This document shows, one piece after another, positions 25,330 to 36,308 of a stretch of DNA of 64,000 nt. The notes beneath the pieces were generated by a model, which did not search any database, was not told the DNA's origin, and saw only the letters and a program-made list of their open reading frames with translations. Origin of the DNA: Sphyrna mokarran. Its lineage: Eukaryota. Within the stretch, counting starts at the first letter, position 1, and each line of letters begins with the position of its first letter. A program made the position numbers and the translations under genes. The stretch covers positions 118,854,001 to 118,918,000 of the forward strand of contig JAGIQG010000002.1 of assembly GCA_024679065.1 (NCBI GenBank), in the 5' to 3' direction.

Positions 25330-26420
25330 TACATGATGGAGCACCACCATGCATGACTATAGCTTGGAATTGAGAGTCTCTCACCATGTATCTCATACAT
25401 CATTGGAGGCAGTCATTACCTGGCACTTTTGTGGCGTGAATATAACTTGTCCGTTATTAATCTACGCCTAGATACTGTCCAGGTCTTGTTGCATTTGGAC
25501 ATAACCTGCTTCAGTATCTGAGGAGTCACGAATGATGAACATTAGAGTGGCACAGTGGCAAGTGATTAGCACTGCTTCTTCACAGTGCCAGGGACCTGGG
25601 TTCACTTCTGGTTTCAGGTCACTGTCTGTGTGGAGTTTGAACATTCTACCCGTGTTTGCGTGGGTTTCCTCCGGATGCGCCAGTTTTCTCCCACAGTCCA
25701 AAGATATAGGGGTTAGGTTGGTTGGCCATGCTAAATTGGCCCTAATTTCAGGAGATTAGCAGGGTAAATATGTGCAGTTGCAGGAATTGTCGTCAGTGCA
25801 GATACAATGGGCTGAACAGCCTCCTTCTGCACTATAGGGATTTTATTATTCTATTCTATCATTGCGCAGTTATCAGTGAACTCCCCCACTTTTGATCTTT
25901 ATGGCAGAAGGGAGGTCATTGATGAAACAGCTGAAGATGTTGGGCCTGGATCACTTCGCTGAGGAACTCCTGCAGTGATGTCCTAGAACTGAGATGATTG
26001 ACCTCCAGTCACCACAAACATCTTAATGGGGAGTTTTACCCCTGATTCCCAATGATTCCAATCACTGATGTCGTATTCAGTCAAATGCTGCCTTGGTGTC
26101 AAGGGCAGTTATTCTCACCTCAGCTTCTTTTGTTTGTGTTTGAACCAAGGCTGTAATGAGGTCAGGAGTGAACAATCCTGGCGGAACCCCAAGCGAGTGT
26201 CAGTGAGCAAGTTATTGCGAAGCAAGTGCTGCTTGAAAGCTTTGTTGATAACCCCTTCCATCACGTTACTGATGATTGAGAGTAGACCTGTTGGATAGGA
26301 ATTTGCTATGCTGATTTGTCTTGGGAAATTTTCCACATTTCTGGATCGATGCCAGTGTTGTAGCTGTACTGGAACAGCGTGACTAGGCGTGTGGCAAATA
26401 GTTGCAGCATTTGTAGTATT
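25330..26420 (-). mobile_element. CR1-like LINE (family B) RT relic, interrupted by HE1
   Basis: YPTGLLSIISNVMEGVINKAFKQHLLRNNLLTDTRLGFRQ, and YVQMQQDLDSI. Confidence 0.8.
25546..25858 (+). mobile_element. HE1-type V-SINE
   Basis: Head, V-domain and CR1-like tail ending (TTCTA)n. Confidence 0.88.
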
Positions 26421-26785
26421 CAAGAAAAAAGCATCATTTGTAATGTTTTATTGGTTACCTGTAGGGCCTGATGATTATGAAAGCTATCTGCTATCTCTTT
26501 TATGATGTTAGTTTCTGTAATTTATTACTTGTGAACATTCATCCTTTATATCTATTTGTGAATGAGGACCTGATGAGTTAAAAGGCACTGTATATGAACA
26601 CAGTAGTGCATTGCTTATTTTGCTAGACTAGTAACCCCAGAGAACCTGAGTTCAGACTCCACAATACTGGTGTGCACACTTCAAATAAAAGCTGCAGTTA
26701 AAAATCTGGTACTTGTAAAAATGACCATGGGGTTGCTGGATTGATGCAAAAATCTATTTGGCTCACTAATCTTCATAAAATAATT

Positions 26786-27064
26786 GCAGTAAGAAGTCTC
26801 AATACACCAGGTTAAAGTCTAATAGGTTTATTTGGAATCATGAGCTTTTGAAGCGCTGCTCCTTCATCAGGTGAGTGGAGAGGAGGTTTCGTAAACGTGG
26901 TATACTTCTCTATTCATCTGATGAAGGGACAGTGGTCTGAAAGCTCGTGATTTCAAATAAACTTTTGAATTTTAACCTGCTGTCCATTCACCTGATGAAG
27001 GAGCAGCGCTCCTTAACCTTGTATTGTGAGATTTCTTACTGTGCTCACCCATCGCCACATCATG
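26786..27064. mobile_element. Penelope-like family A palindromic element with three hammerhead-like motifs
   Basis: Inverted pLTR arms. CTGATGA cores at about 26865 (minus), 26918 (plus) and 26992 (plus). TSD AAATAATT. It sits inside a type C SINE relic (about 26620-27240). Confidence 0.8.
26914..26950 (+). ncRNA. Putative minimal type I hammerhead ribozyme
   Basis: TCAT-CTGATGA-AG-GGAC(AGTG)GTCT-GAAA-GCTC-GTGA. Intact core, stem II, palindromic AGCT stem III, and stem I TCAT/GTGA. Confidence 0.6.
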
Positions 27065-27799
27065 AAATAATTAGGTAAAGATACCTGCTGTCCTTACCTA
27101 GGTTAGCTTAGATATAGCTACAGTTTTACATCTAATTTGTGGTTGATTTTTAATTGCTGTCGGAGGTGGCCCTGCAAGTCATGCAGATGTATCAATTTCT
27201 TCCCACTAAGAATGCCACAGTAGCTCAATAAGGTTCCCCACTCCCTACTGAAGACAACAAAAAATGGGCAATATTTTCACTAAAAATACGATTCGTAAAT
27301 TCTTTCTTCTTTTAGGGAGAAAGAAGAAACATATTTGCACCATTTTTCCAGGCTTTTTTGGATTGGTGTTCAACCCAACAATGAAGAGCTCTCCCGTGTT
27401 GCTCACCCCTGTGATATTTCAACTACTGAAAAAGCGTGTGTTCAGGAAGAATTCAATATTGTGCATTGAACAAGAAAAATCTAAATACAGCTTATGATCA
27501 GACTGTTTGCTGAGACTGAAATCTTTCAATATCATACGCCCTGCCAATGCTGCCAGCAAAAACGAAGAATTTGGTGCTCAGCCAAATCTCCATTCACAGC
27601 AGCGGGACTGGAGAATCTCGGTCTGAGTGGTCAAGGTTGGAGAATTCCAGCCTGAGTGTCTAGGTGTTGCTTGCGGTTCATTGGAATACACTACTTGTTC
27701 TCAACTTTTACAAAACTGTTGAACCCTTAAGATTTCCCTTGGTTGCAATGTTAGCCCATGTGGCACCTCAGATATCATCCCTATTGCCTTCAAATCTTC

Positions 27800-28720
27800 T
27801 GGCATCAGCCCTCTCCATGAAAGCCACCCCTGGTAACTTCTCTGTTCTTGCAAAATACTGCCCTATCTCCAACCTCCCATTCTACTCCGAAATAGTTAAA
27901 TGTGCTGTCACCTCAAAAATCCATGCTTATCTTTCTTTCACTTCCACGTTTGAATCGGTCCAATCCGGTGTGCCCCCCTGAACTGTTTGAGGTCACAAAT
28001 GAAATTTTAGGTTAATGTGAGCCTGATCATTCTTGTGCTATCTGGATTTGGATCTTGTTGATTTGCACTATGCTTCTTCAACATCTCTACTTGTTGTCAT
28101 CTGGATAGGCTGCCCAAATCTGGTTCCATTCCTATCCACCTAATCATCGTCAAAGAATCCCTTGGAATGGTTTCTCTTCCCTCTCTTGAAAGGCCCTCTG
28201 GAGTTCCCCATTCATCTATCCTTGGCTCTCCTATATCTTGTCTCTCAGTGATATCATTCAAAAACACTATTTACATTGACACTATCACTAACCTCACCAC
28301 CACCTATGTTAATTTCTTCACCAACATTGATTTATCACTCCAGTTACTGAACAGCTCATTAAGAATGAAGTGAGCTCCTGGGCTGGCAAAGCCTCGATTT
28401 CAAAATTTGCATTTTTTTTCTTAAAGCTCTCAAAAACTTTGCCCCTCCTGAGCTCTACTTCTGCTCCTTCAGACCTACAACCCATCTTAATCTCTGCTTT
28501 CCTTTAAATCTTGGCTCACAGGCCAGTTTTAGTTGTCTACTATTGGCATCCTTGGTTTCAGCTTCCTGCTCCTGATCTCTGGGATTCTCTCCTTTCTGTC
28601 TTTTTCTATCTTTGAGGCAATCTTAAAACCTACTCCTTTGACTAAATTTAGCAAATTTTGTCTGATAACTCTCCTTGTGGGTTAGCTGAATTATGTTTCA
28701 GATACAGTATAAATACAAAC
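27800..28720 (+). mobile_element. Old L2-clade LINE relic
   Basis: KYCPISNLPFYSEIV...FESVQSG, GVPHSSILGS, and a CTTAAAACCTACTCCTTTGAC (LKTY) end. Confidence 0.75.
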
Positions 28721-28821
28721 TATATTGAGTGAGGTTAGACTTCAGCGCTTGTTTTAGCCTGCACTGAAGTGTACTCCTGAAGGAGTTTTACGTAATTTAG
28801 TGTGGTGTTTTTCAGATGAGA

Positions 28822-28985
28822 AGATATGTGGATTAGGTTAATTGGTCATGCTAAATTGCTTCTTAGTGTTAGAGGGATGAGCAAGGCAAATATATGAGGT
28901 TACAGGGATTGGGCCTAGGTGGGATTGTTGTCAGTGCAGGCTTGTTTGGTCAAATGGTCTCCTTTTGCATTCGATAGGTTCTATG
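28822..28985 (+). mobile_element. HE1 3' half
   Basis: End of the V-domain plus CR1-like tail. Confidence 0.75.
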
Positions 28986-29399
28986 GAGTATGGCCTACTG
29001 TTATTGCCAAGAAACAATATTCAGAAGTAAGTAACCACACAGCACTGCTAATTTCAAGATGATGTCCCACCATGTTTGATTGTTCCAACAGGAAACAATG
29101 AAGAAAGACTTTCCTTGTATGGAAAGACCAGAGAAGCTGGAGTTGTTCTCCTTTAGAACAGAGAAGGTCATGGGTAGATTTAATACTGACATTTAAAATT
29201 ACTTTGCACTATGATAGAATGAAGAAGGAAAACAGGCAGCAGGGTTAGTCACCAAAGGATTCATATCCTTGCCTGAGGTATGATGATCCTCAGGTTAAAC
29301 CACCAACAGTTAACTCTCCTCCTTAAAAGGGGAGAGCGGCCTAAGATCGTTTGGGACTATGGCGATTTTATCTTTATTGAAGATAATTGTCAAAAGAAC

Positions 29400-31187
29400 G
29401 AGGGATTTTAAGCTAGATGAACTTAGAGTCAGACTTACTTTCCAAAGGGAACTGAGGGATTGCTGCGTACTTTGCTTCACGGAGACGTGGCTCACTCCTG
29501 CTTCCTTGGCAGTGTCCTACACCACAGGAATTTTCAATCCATCGAATAGACTGCAGAGTGGTCTCAGGCAAGGCTAGGGGAAGTTGGGTTTGCTTCAAAA
29601 TCAACACCTCATGCTGCATGGACATAGCAACACTGGCAACTTCCTACTCCCCAGACCTGTCACTAAAATTATGCCCCTGTTACCTTCTGTGGGAGCTCAT
29701 CTCTGTTATCCTGATGGCAGTTTACATCCCACCCCATGCAAATGTGAAGATCATGCTGGACAAAATATACTTCGAATAGCCTTGAAGTGAAACATCCCGT
29801 GGCTTGTTCATCATGACCGGGGATTTCAATCAGACCAAGCTCAAGAGCAAACTACCAACTTACCATCAACACGTCTCATGCTTTGCCAGAGGCACAAACG
29901 TCCTGAACTGCTGCTACATAAATATCAAACATGCTTAGTGCTCTACCACTCGCCCACACTTGGGCAAATCAGATCTCAAGGCTGTGCTCCTGCTCCTGGT
30001 ACAAGCAAAAATTGCAGCAGGAAAATCCATCATAAAAAGTCGTGCAATGTTTGCCCGAGGAATCGAATGATCTTTACGGGGCTGCTTGGAATCAGTGGAC
30101 TGCTCAGTATTTAAAAACATTACGAACAGCCTGAATGAGTACTGAGGCTTTCAAGTCAGGCGACACTGATCTGTGCAAGAAACGATGTGGAGATGCCAGC
30201 TTTGGACTGGGGTACACACAGTAAGAAGTCTCACAACACTAGATTAAAGTCCAATCAGGTTATTTCATAGTAAACTCATAAGCTTTCGGAAATGCTGTTC
30301 CTTCATCAGGTGTGTGGAAGGTTCTGATCAGAGAAAGGCATATAAAGGCACACATCGTTTACAGAATACTGATTAGAATGCAAGTCTTTACAGTTAACCT
30401 GATATTCAAGTCTGGACCTTTAAGACTTGAATAGCAGGTTAGCTGTAAAGGCTCACATTCTAATTAGTATTCTGTAAACTGCGTGTGACTTTATATGCCT
30501 TTGTCTGAACAGAACTTTCCACACACTTGGAGGAATAACATTTCCGAAAGCTTTGGGTTTGCTATCAAATAAACTGATTGGACTTTAACCTGGTGTTGCG
30601 AGATTTCTTACTATGCAAGAAAACCAGATATGATCTAAGGAGATCTATCAAAAATGCCAAAAGACAATACTGGACCAAACTAGAGTCCCAGGCTAGCCAC
30701 ACCGTCCCCCACCAACTATGGCAAGACACAATAGGCTACAAGATGAAGGCACATAAAATTGCCGGCTTCAACACCTTCCTCCCTGATGAGCTCAATGCAT
30801 TCTATGCCTGTTTTGAATAAGAGATCAGTAAGAGCATGCCCCCCACCCTGGAAACCCTGAATGAATCTATATCAGGGGTCACCATTGCAGATGTCAGAGC
30901 AGATTTCTCTTCCACCTCTGCCTTTGGGAAAAAGATACAAAAGCCTGAGATCACGTACCAACCAACTCAAGAACAGCTTCTTCCCTGCTGCTTTCAGACT
31001 TTTGAATGGACTTACCTTGCATCAAATTGATCTTTCTCTATACCCTAGCTATGACTGTAACTCTATATTTTGCACTCTCTCATTTCTTTTCTATTATTGG
31101 TATGTTTTATCTGTATAGCGCGCAAGAAACAATACTTTTTACTGTATGTTAATACATGTGACAATAATAAATCAAATCAAATCAAAA
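29400..31187 (+). mobile_element. Rex1/Babar LINE, internally deleted and interrupted by a Penelope-like element
   Basis: APE motifs KLDELRVRLTFQRELRDCCVLCFTETWL, AVYIPP and GDFNQ; LPDELNAFYACF; end LKNSFFPAAFRLLN with an (ATCAA)n tail. Confidence 0.85.
30184..30612. mobile_element. Penelope-like family A long palindromic element
   Basis: About 200-bp inverted arms. Minus-strand hammerhead core CTGATGA-AGGAACAGCATTTCC-GAAA-GCTT (30276-30314). TSD TGCAAGAAA. Confidence 0.8.
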
Positions 31188-31194
31188 TGATTTG

Positions 31195-33150
31195 TAGAAG
31201 TCAGATCATGCTGCCTAATCTACTTGAAGCTTTTGATGAAGTGATAGGAAGGTCATGAAGAGATTAAAATGGGGATTGTCTTCATGTATTTTAAGTAAAC
31301 AAAATCGAGGATCATAGAGCACGTGGGTCAGTATCAACATGGATAAAAAATGGCTTAAGTCAGAAAATAGAGCCTCACAATAAATGGTTGTTTTTATTTG
31401 GGCTGGGGAATAGTGGTGTTCCTATGGGTCAGTTCTATAGTCATCGATTTCTTGATATGCATAAATGACTTGGATATTGGAATACTTAGAACAAAATCTG
31501 CCAATGATACCAAACTCAGAGGAGTGACAAAAGTGAGGATGAAACCAATCAACTGCAAATGGGATAGTCTAGCAAAATGGGCAACCCAGAGGCTTTAATA
31601 TAAAGAAATGTGAGGTGTTGTGTTTTGGGATAGGACAAGACAATATAGACTTCATGACCCAATTCCAAAGAATAGAACAAAGGGGTCTGTGGGATCATGT
31701 GCATAGATCTTTGAATGTGGCAGAATGTGTTGAGGCAGTAATCAGGATCTAGTCATGATATATCGAGTGCACTCGGGGAGTCTGCGTTTCCATGGCAACA
31801 GGCACTTCTATAAGTGCATCGTAGTCTGGAACGAGGAATAGTGATAGCAGAGACTCCAATGTTCTTTCAAAGGGCTGACCAGGAACCTCCCCCACTCTTA
31901 CCCACCTTCCATTGTAATGTGTTGGAAGGAATTTGTAGGTTGATGCTCAGCCTGTTTGGCCATATTGCAAAGGCCACCAAGTACTGGGGTGGAGACTCAA
32001 ACCTATCTACTGAGCTTCTGACTCAGAGGCACAGACATTACCTCCTGCACTACAAGATCTCCTTTATGTTAGAATCATAAAATTCCTAAGGTGCAGAAGG
32101 AGGCTGCTTGGCCCATCGAGTGCATCAACACTCCAACGGAACTTCTTACCCAGACTCTCCAACGTATCCTTGTAATTTTGTACATTGACCCCACTAATTC
32201 CACCTCATATACACACCTTGAAATGCTAAGGAGCAATTTTGCATGGCCAATCCACCAAACCTTACATCTTCGGACTGTGGGAGGAAACCGGAGCACCTGG
32301 AGGAACCCATACAGACATGGGGAGAACGTGCAAACTCCAAACAGTCAGCTGAATCTGGAGTTGAACCTGGGCCCCTGACACTGAGGGAAAAGTGTGAAAT
32401 TCTGTGCCAAGTGCCACCCGTATAGGATCCAGGGCTTCCTAGACAGAAATACTGAGCACCCCACAGAGAAGTCATGCTGAATTTTTATAAAACTCTGGTT
32501 TGGTCACAACTAAAGTATTGTATCCAATCTCGCTCATCACATGTTAGGAAGGGTGTAACGGCCATGAGATGGTGCAGAGGAATGTTATCAGAATGGATCC
32601 AAGAAGAAGGGATTTTAGCTGCAGCCGTAGGTTGGAGAAGCTGGGGTTGTTTTCCTGAAGGCAAAGAAGTTTGACGGGACATTTGACTGAAATGTACAAG
32701 ATTAAGTCAAGTTTAGATAAGGTAAATAAAGAAAAGCCGTTTCTGATAGCTGATGGCACAAGGACAAAAGGGCTCAGACTGAATATTTCGGGAAGAGATG
32801 TGAGGTGAGTTCTCTTTATGCAGCAGGTAATAATCACATGGGATTTATTACCTGCAAGTATAGAGACAATAATTGTTTGAAAAAAAATCACATGGACACT
32901 TGAAGGAAATAAACTTGCTGGGCCACAGAGATAGATCAGGGGAGTGGGATTGACTGGTTTGCTTCACAGTGAGTCAGTGTGGGCTCAATGAGTCAAATGG
33001 CCTCCCCTTGTGAAGTAATGATTCTGTCACTTTGCAGGAGATGAGGAGGTTATTTCTTTCTGCAGCCACTTGTTATAATCTTTAATATATTGCTTGAAGG
33101 GATGACGCAAACAGATTTAATAATAGCTGTCATCAAGGAATTGGATATTT
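31195..33150 (+). mobile_element. Old fragmented CR1 RT/3' relic with younger insertions
   Basis: SCCLIYLKLL/NLLEAFDEV, INDLD...SANDTKL, LNFYKTLVWSQLKYCIQ. Confidence 0.7.
32069..32420 (-). mobile_element. HE1-type V-SINE
   Basis: Head, V-domain and tail on the minus strand. Confidence 0.88.
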
Positions 33151-33234
33151 AGAGCAAGCACTTGCAAATAGTAATGGGTCATTTGTTAGGTGTCGGTTAA
33201 GGTGAGATGGAGAAGAAATGGTTAGGACACTGAT

Positions 33235-33425
33235 CAGGACTCCTCTTCCCTTCTTTAAATGATTGCTGTGGAATATTTCATTTCCCTTTGTGGCAGTAGA
33301 TGGGACCTTGGTTTAACATCTCAATCAAAAGCAACGCTTCTGACAGTCCAGCACTCCCTCAGGTGTCACGCAGTGCCAGTTTAAATTTTGTGTGCAAGTC
33401 TCCGGAGCGAAACTTGAAGCCACTG
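33235..33425 (-). mobile_element. DeuSINE-like relic
   Basis: Minus strand: GGAGACTTGCACACAAAAT...CTGAGGGAGTGCTGGACTGTCAGAAG...GAGATGTTAAACCAAGGTCCCATCT. Confidence 0.65.
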
Positions 33426-33999
33426 TTGTGATATCACTTCAAGGACTATGCAAATAAGCAAATAACTGGGATGTAAAGTAGCATGTGACCAACAGCTAGT
33501 AGCGTGTTTGTAAGAATTGCAGCCATGCTGTCCTTGTAAGTAACAGTTACTGAATCCATGAAGTAGATCTGTCTGTTGAGCATTCATACATGGTATCTTC
33601 AAATAAGCTATGGCCAGAAACTATGGCCAGACCTCTACCTCCTCACCTGCCACGGAATCGGAGTGGATGAGGGTTTGACAACGGAAATCTCCATTGACCC
33701 CAGGCGGGAATTACCGGTCTTGCCTGAGCAAAATTACCTCTGAGTTTACCAGTCCTGGTTTGAGATTGGTACATTTGTGTAAAGCAGACAGAAAAACATA
33801 ACATGGTGGCAGCAATGTGAAGTTGAAGATGACAGGATGAACCACAGACAAGGTTTGGTGCAGTACAGAGACTGTATATGCATTGAAAGCCCAGGAGACA
33901 ATGCTTTGCTGAACAGTGTGTACCTGATTTTTGGATTAGTGGATTGGCTGGATTGGAGGATAATGGGTACACCCAGTCAGTTTTGAATTAGACAGTAAA

Positions 34000-35050
34000 A
34001 GCCACATGGTTATTGAGCTTTCCACGGGTGTCATTCCTGCACAAAAGCCAGAAGTACCTGAAATGGGGAGAAAAATATGAACCGCAGCCACAAAATAAAA
34101 GGGATGGGAAAAAATAGGGATAAAGCACAGCAGCTGAGTTGGTGATTCTCTCCACGGGGTACTGAAGTTACAAATGGGAAGCATTTCTAAAAGAAAGGGA
34201 GAATCAGAAAGGTAGCTATCAAATTCTTCAGCAAGAAGTGGAAAATCAGAACTATTCCAACCAAATTTAGGCTTTTTAACCAGAGAGAGGAACTATGCTT
34301 TTTAGATTTATTTCGTCACTGAATCAACTGAACAAGTGGTGTAAATAAAGACAGCCATCGAAAATGAAGGGTTATATAGAGTCGACACTTCAGACCATTT
34401 CTGAGAAAGGCAGGCTGGAGGATCAGCTGTGTGTAAAACTGAGCTTCTGAATTCAGCATTTGGTGCTGATGGCCAACTCATAGCAACACAAGAAGCAATT
34501 GATCAGTTCATCAGCGTGTGCTTGGATTACAGCAAGGATTGCGAAGCTTTGGAAGCTGCATTGTCTGAACAGATATTGGAGCTGGTTATAGTTTTTACAG
34601 CTTTCAAAGTCTTTGATAAAGACCTTTTGGAGAATATTGACACATTGCTAAAAGCTGACAGAAAATACAAAGCCATTGCGGCTGGACAGTAATGCCAGCA
34701 AGCATTAGACGCAGTTACCAATATTGGCAGGGGACAGAAAACAAGCAAGTCTTGAGGGAAATGCAGTCTGCTGCATCATCTGCAAAGCTATTGTGTTCCA
34801 AGATCTTTGCAAGTTATGTGGTATAAAGGACATTGGTTCACCTATATAGGAAATCTGGTGATGGAGGCATGACCAAAGGTTACAGTAAGGTACAACTAAG
34901 CAAAAGATATATGCAGCATACTGGCAGCAACAACGTGGAGTAGGACATACATGCAAGAACGTACATACGGATAGCACCCAAACAGACTAGGATGGAAACC
35001 GAAAATGTTCAACTGGAAAGTGAATAGACTTTCCACACTGTAAATATGAC
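34000..35050 (+). pseudogene. Ty3/Gypsy gag relic
   Basis: QEAIDQFIS...KDCE..EAALSEQILELVI...DTLLKADRKYKAIAAGQ, followed by the decayed zinc knuckle FQDLCKLCGIK. Confidence 0.65.
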
Positions 35051-35239
35051 ATAATGGGCAGGATTTTCCAGACCTGCCCACAGGTCTTCCAGTCCTGTCA
35101 AAGGTAACCTCCCATGAAGGGTTCCCTGGTGGGAAAGGCAAGCCACACAAGCGACCATGGATGTCCCATTGGCAGCCAATAGCAAGCCGCCTTTGCTGCT
35201 CCAAAACATACTGCGGGGCTGAATCCCTCCCAACATGTG

Positions 35240-35385
35240 AATGAAGTCAACAGTTGGAGGCTTTCACTACTATCAGCATCATTTTTGAAAGGAAAGCATC
35301 AAATTCACTCACAACCAAAGTTGACATGGGAGCAAGCAAGAGCATTTCACTGGCAAGATACCCATAGAAAATTCCAAAATAGACA
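35240..35385 (+). pseudogene. Ty3/Gypsy aspartic protease relic
   Basis: EAFTTISI...LTTKVDMGASKSI, resembling the K-I-D-T-G-A-S active site. Confidence 0.6.
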
Positions 35386-35387
35386 AA

Positions 35388-36273
35388 TGGGCTGGGATTC
35401 TCCCAAAAATAACTGAGTGCTCAATAGGCAGGAAAATGGGACTTCTTTCCACTTTTTTTGGGTGTTCCAATGCGAATCTCTGATATACTATGCATCACAG
35501 AGTGTCTCAGAGAGACTTATGTCAGAAAGTAAAGGCGGGGAGGTGCTCATCCCGCTGGGGAGGAGAGGGCTCACCCCAATGGAGAGGCTGGCAACATGGT
35601 GCTGAGAGGGCTACAGTGCATGTGCCAATCTGTCAATGGAGGGAGCTCAGTGCATGCGCACCGGCCTCCCCATCATCGTCCTCTCAATTGCTGGCCTTCT
35701 GATTATTTTCCAGCACCCACCCCTTAAGATCACCAGTTTCCCAACCCCCTGCAATGGTTGGCCTCCCCAGCGCCCCCCACAATTGCCAACCTACCTGACT
35801 CCCTGTTACTGGCCAACCCAACCCTGTTCTTCTCCCCCTAGCCAGCCCAATCGCCGACCCCTCATGCCAACCCCAATCTCACCCCCATGGCCAGCTCATA
35901 TCCCACCCTCCTTTCTCAAAGCCAGCTCTGATTGCTTCCTCCCTCCATCCCCCAGGGGGTCTTCTTCCCAGCCACCGAATGGCTCCCCAGTAGACCTCCC
36001 CATTTGGTCCCACCCCATCTGATCCTCCTGGTAGGCAGTGCCAAGATGCGAGGCTGGCACTGCCCAAAAGGGCACCTCAGCGCTGTAGCCAACATCTTCG
36101 GAGGGCTTCAAAGCCCTCTGTCCTTGCCAGAGGGGTGAGCACGCATGTTCTTCATTGGCGGGGAGCAATTTTTAACCCCCCGGTAAAAACCTCTCCCGGA
36201 GGTTGGTGGGGTCACTGTAACAAGCTCAGAGACTACCGTCCTGAGCTTGCTAATCATATAGAGAATTTGGCTC
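35388..36273. mobile_element. Non-autonomous Harbinger-like element
   Basis: Imperfect TIRs GGGCTGGGATTCTC / GAGAATTTGGCTC around a GC-rich body. Confidence 0.55.
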
Positions 36274-36308
36274 TAAAGGTCTATTATGTGCACAAGCTAA
36301 TTATTTGA

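Noticed and set aside
27300-27497. Possible exon after the pyrimidine tract TTCTTTCTTCTTTTAG
   Set aside because: No recognisable protein in any frame and no clear donor site; it would need RNA-seq support.
34429-34692. Protein-like ORF as a host exon
   Set aside because: It lies upstream of zinc knuckle, protease, RNase H and integrase relics, so it is better explained as Gypsy gag.
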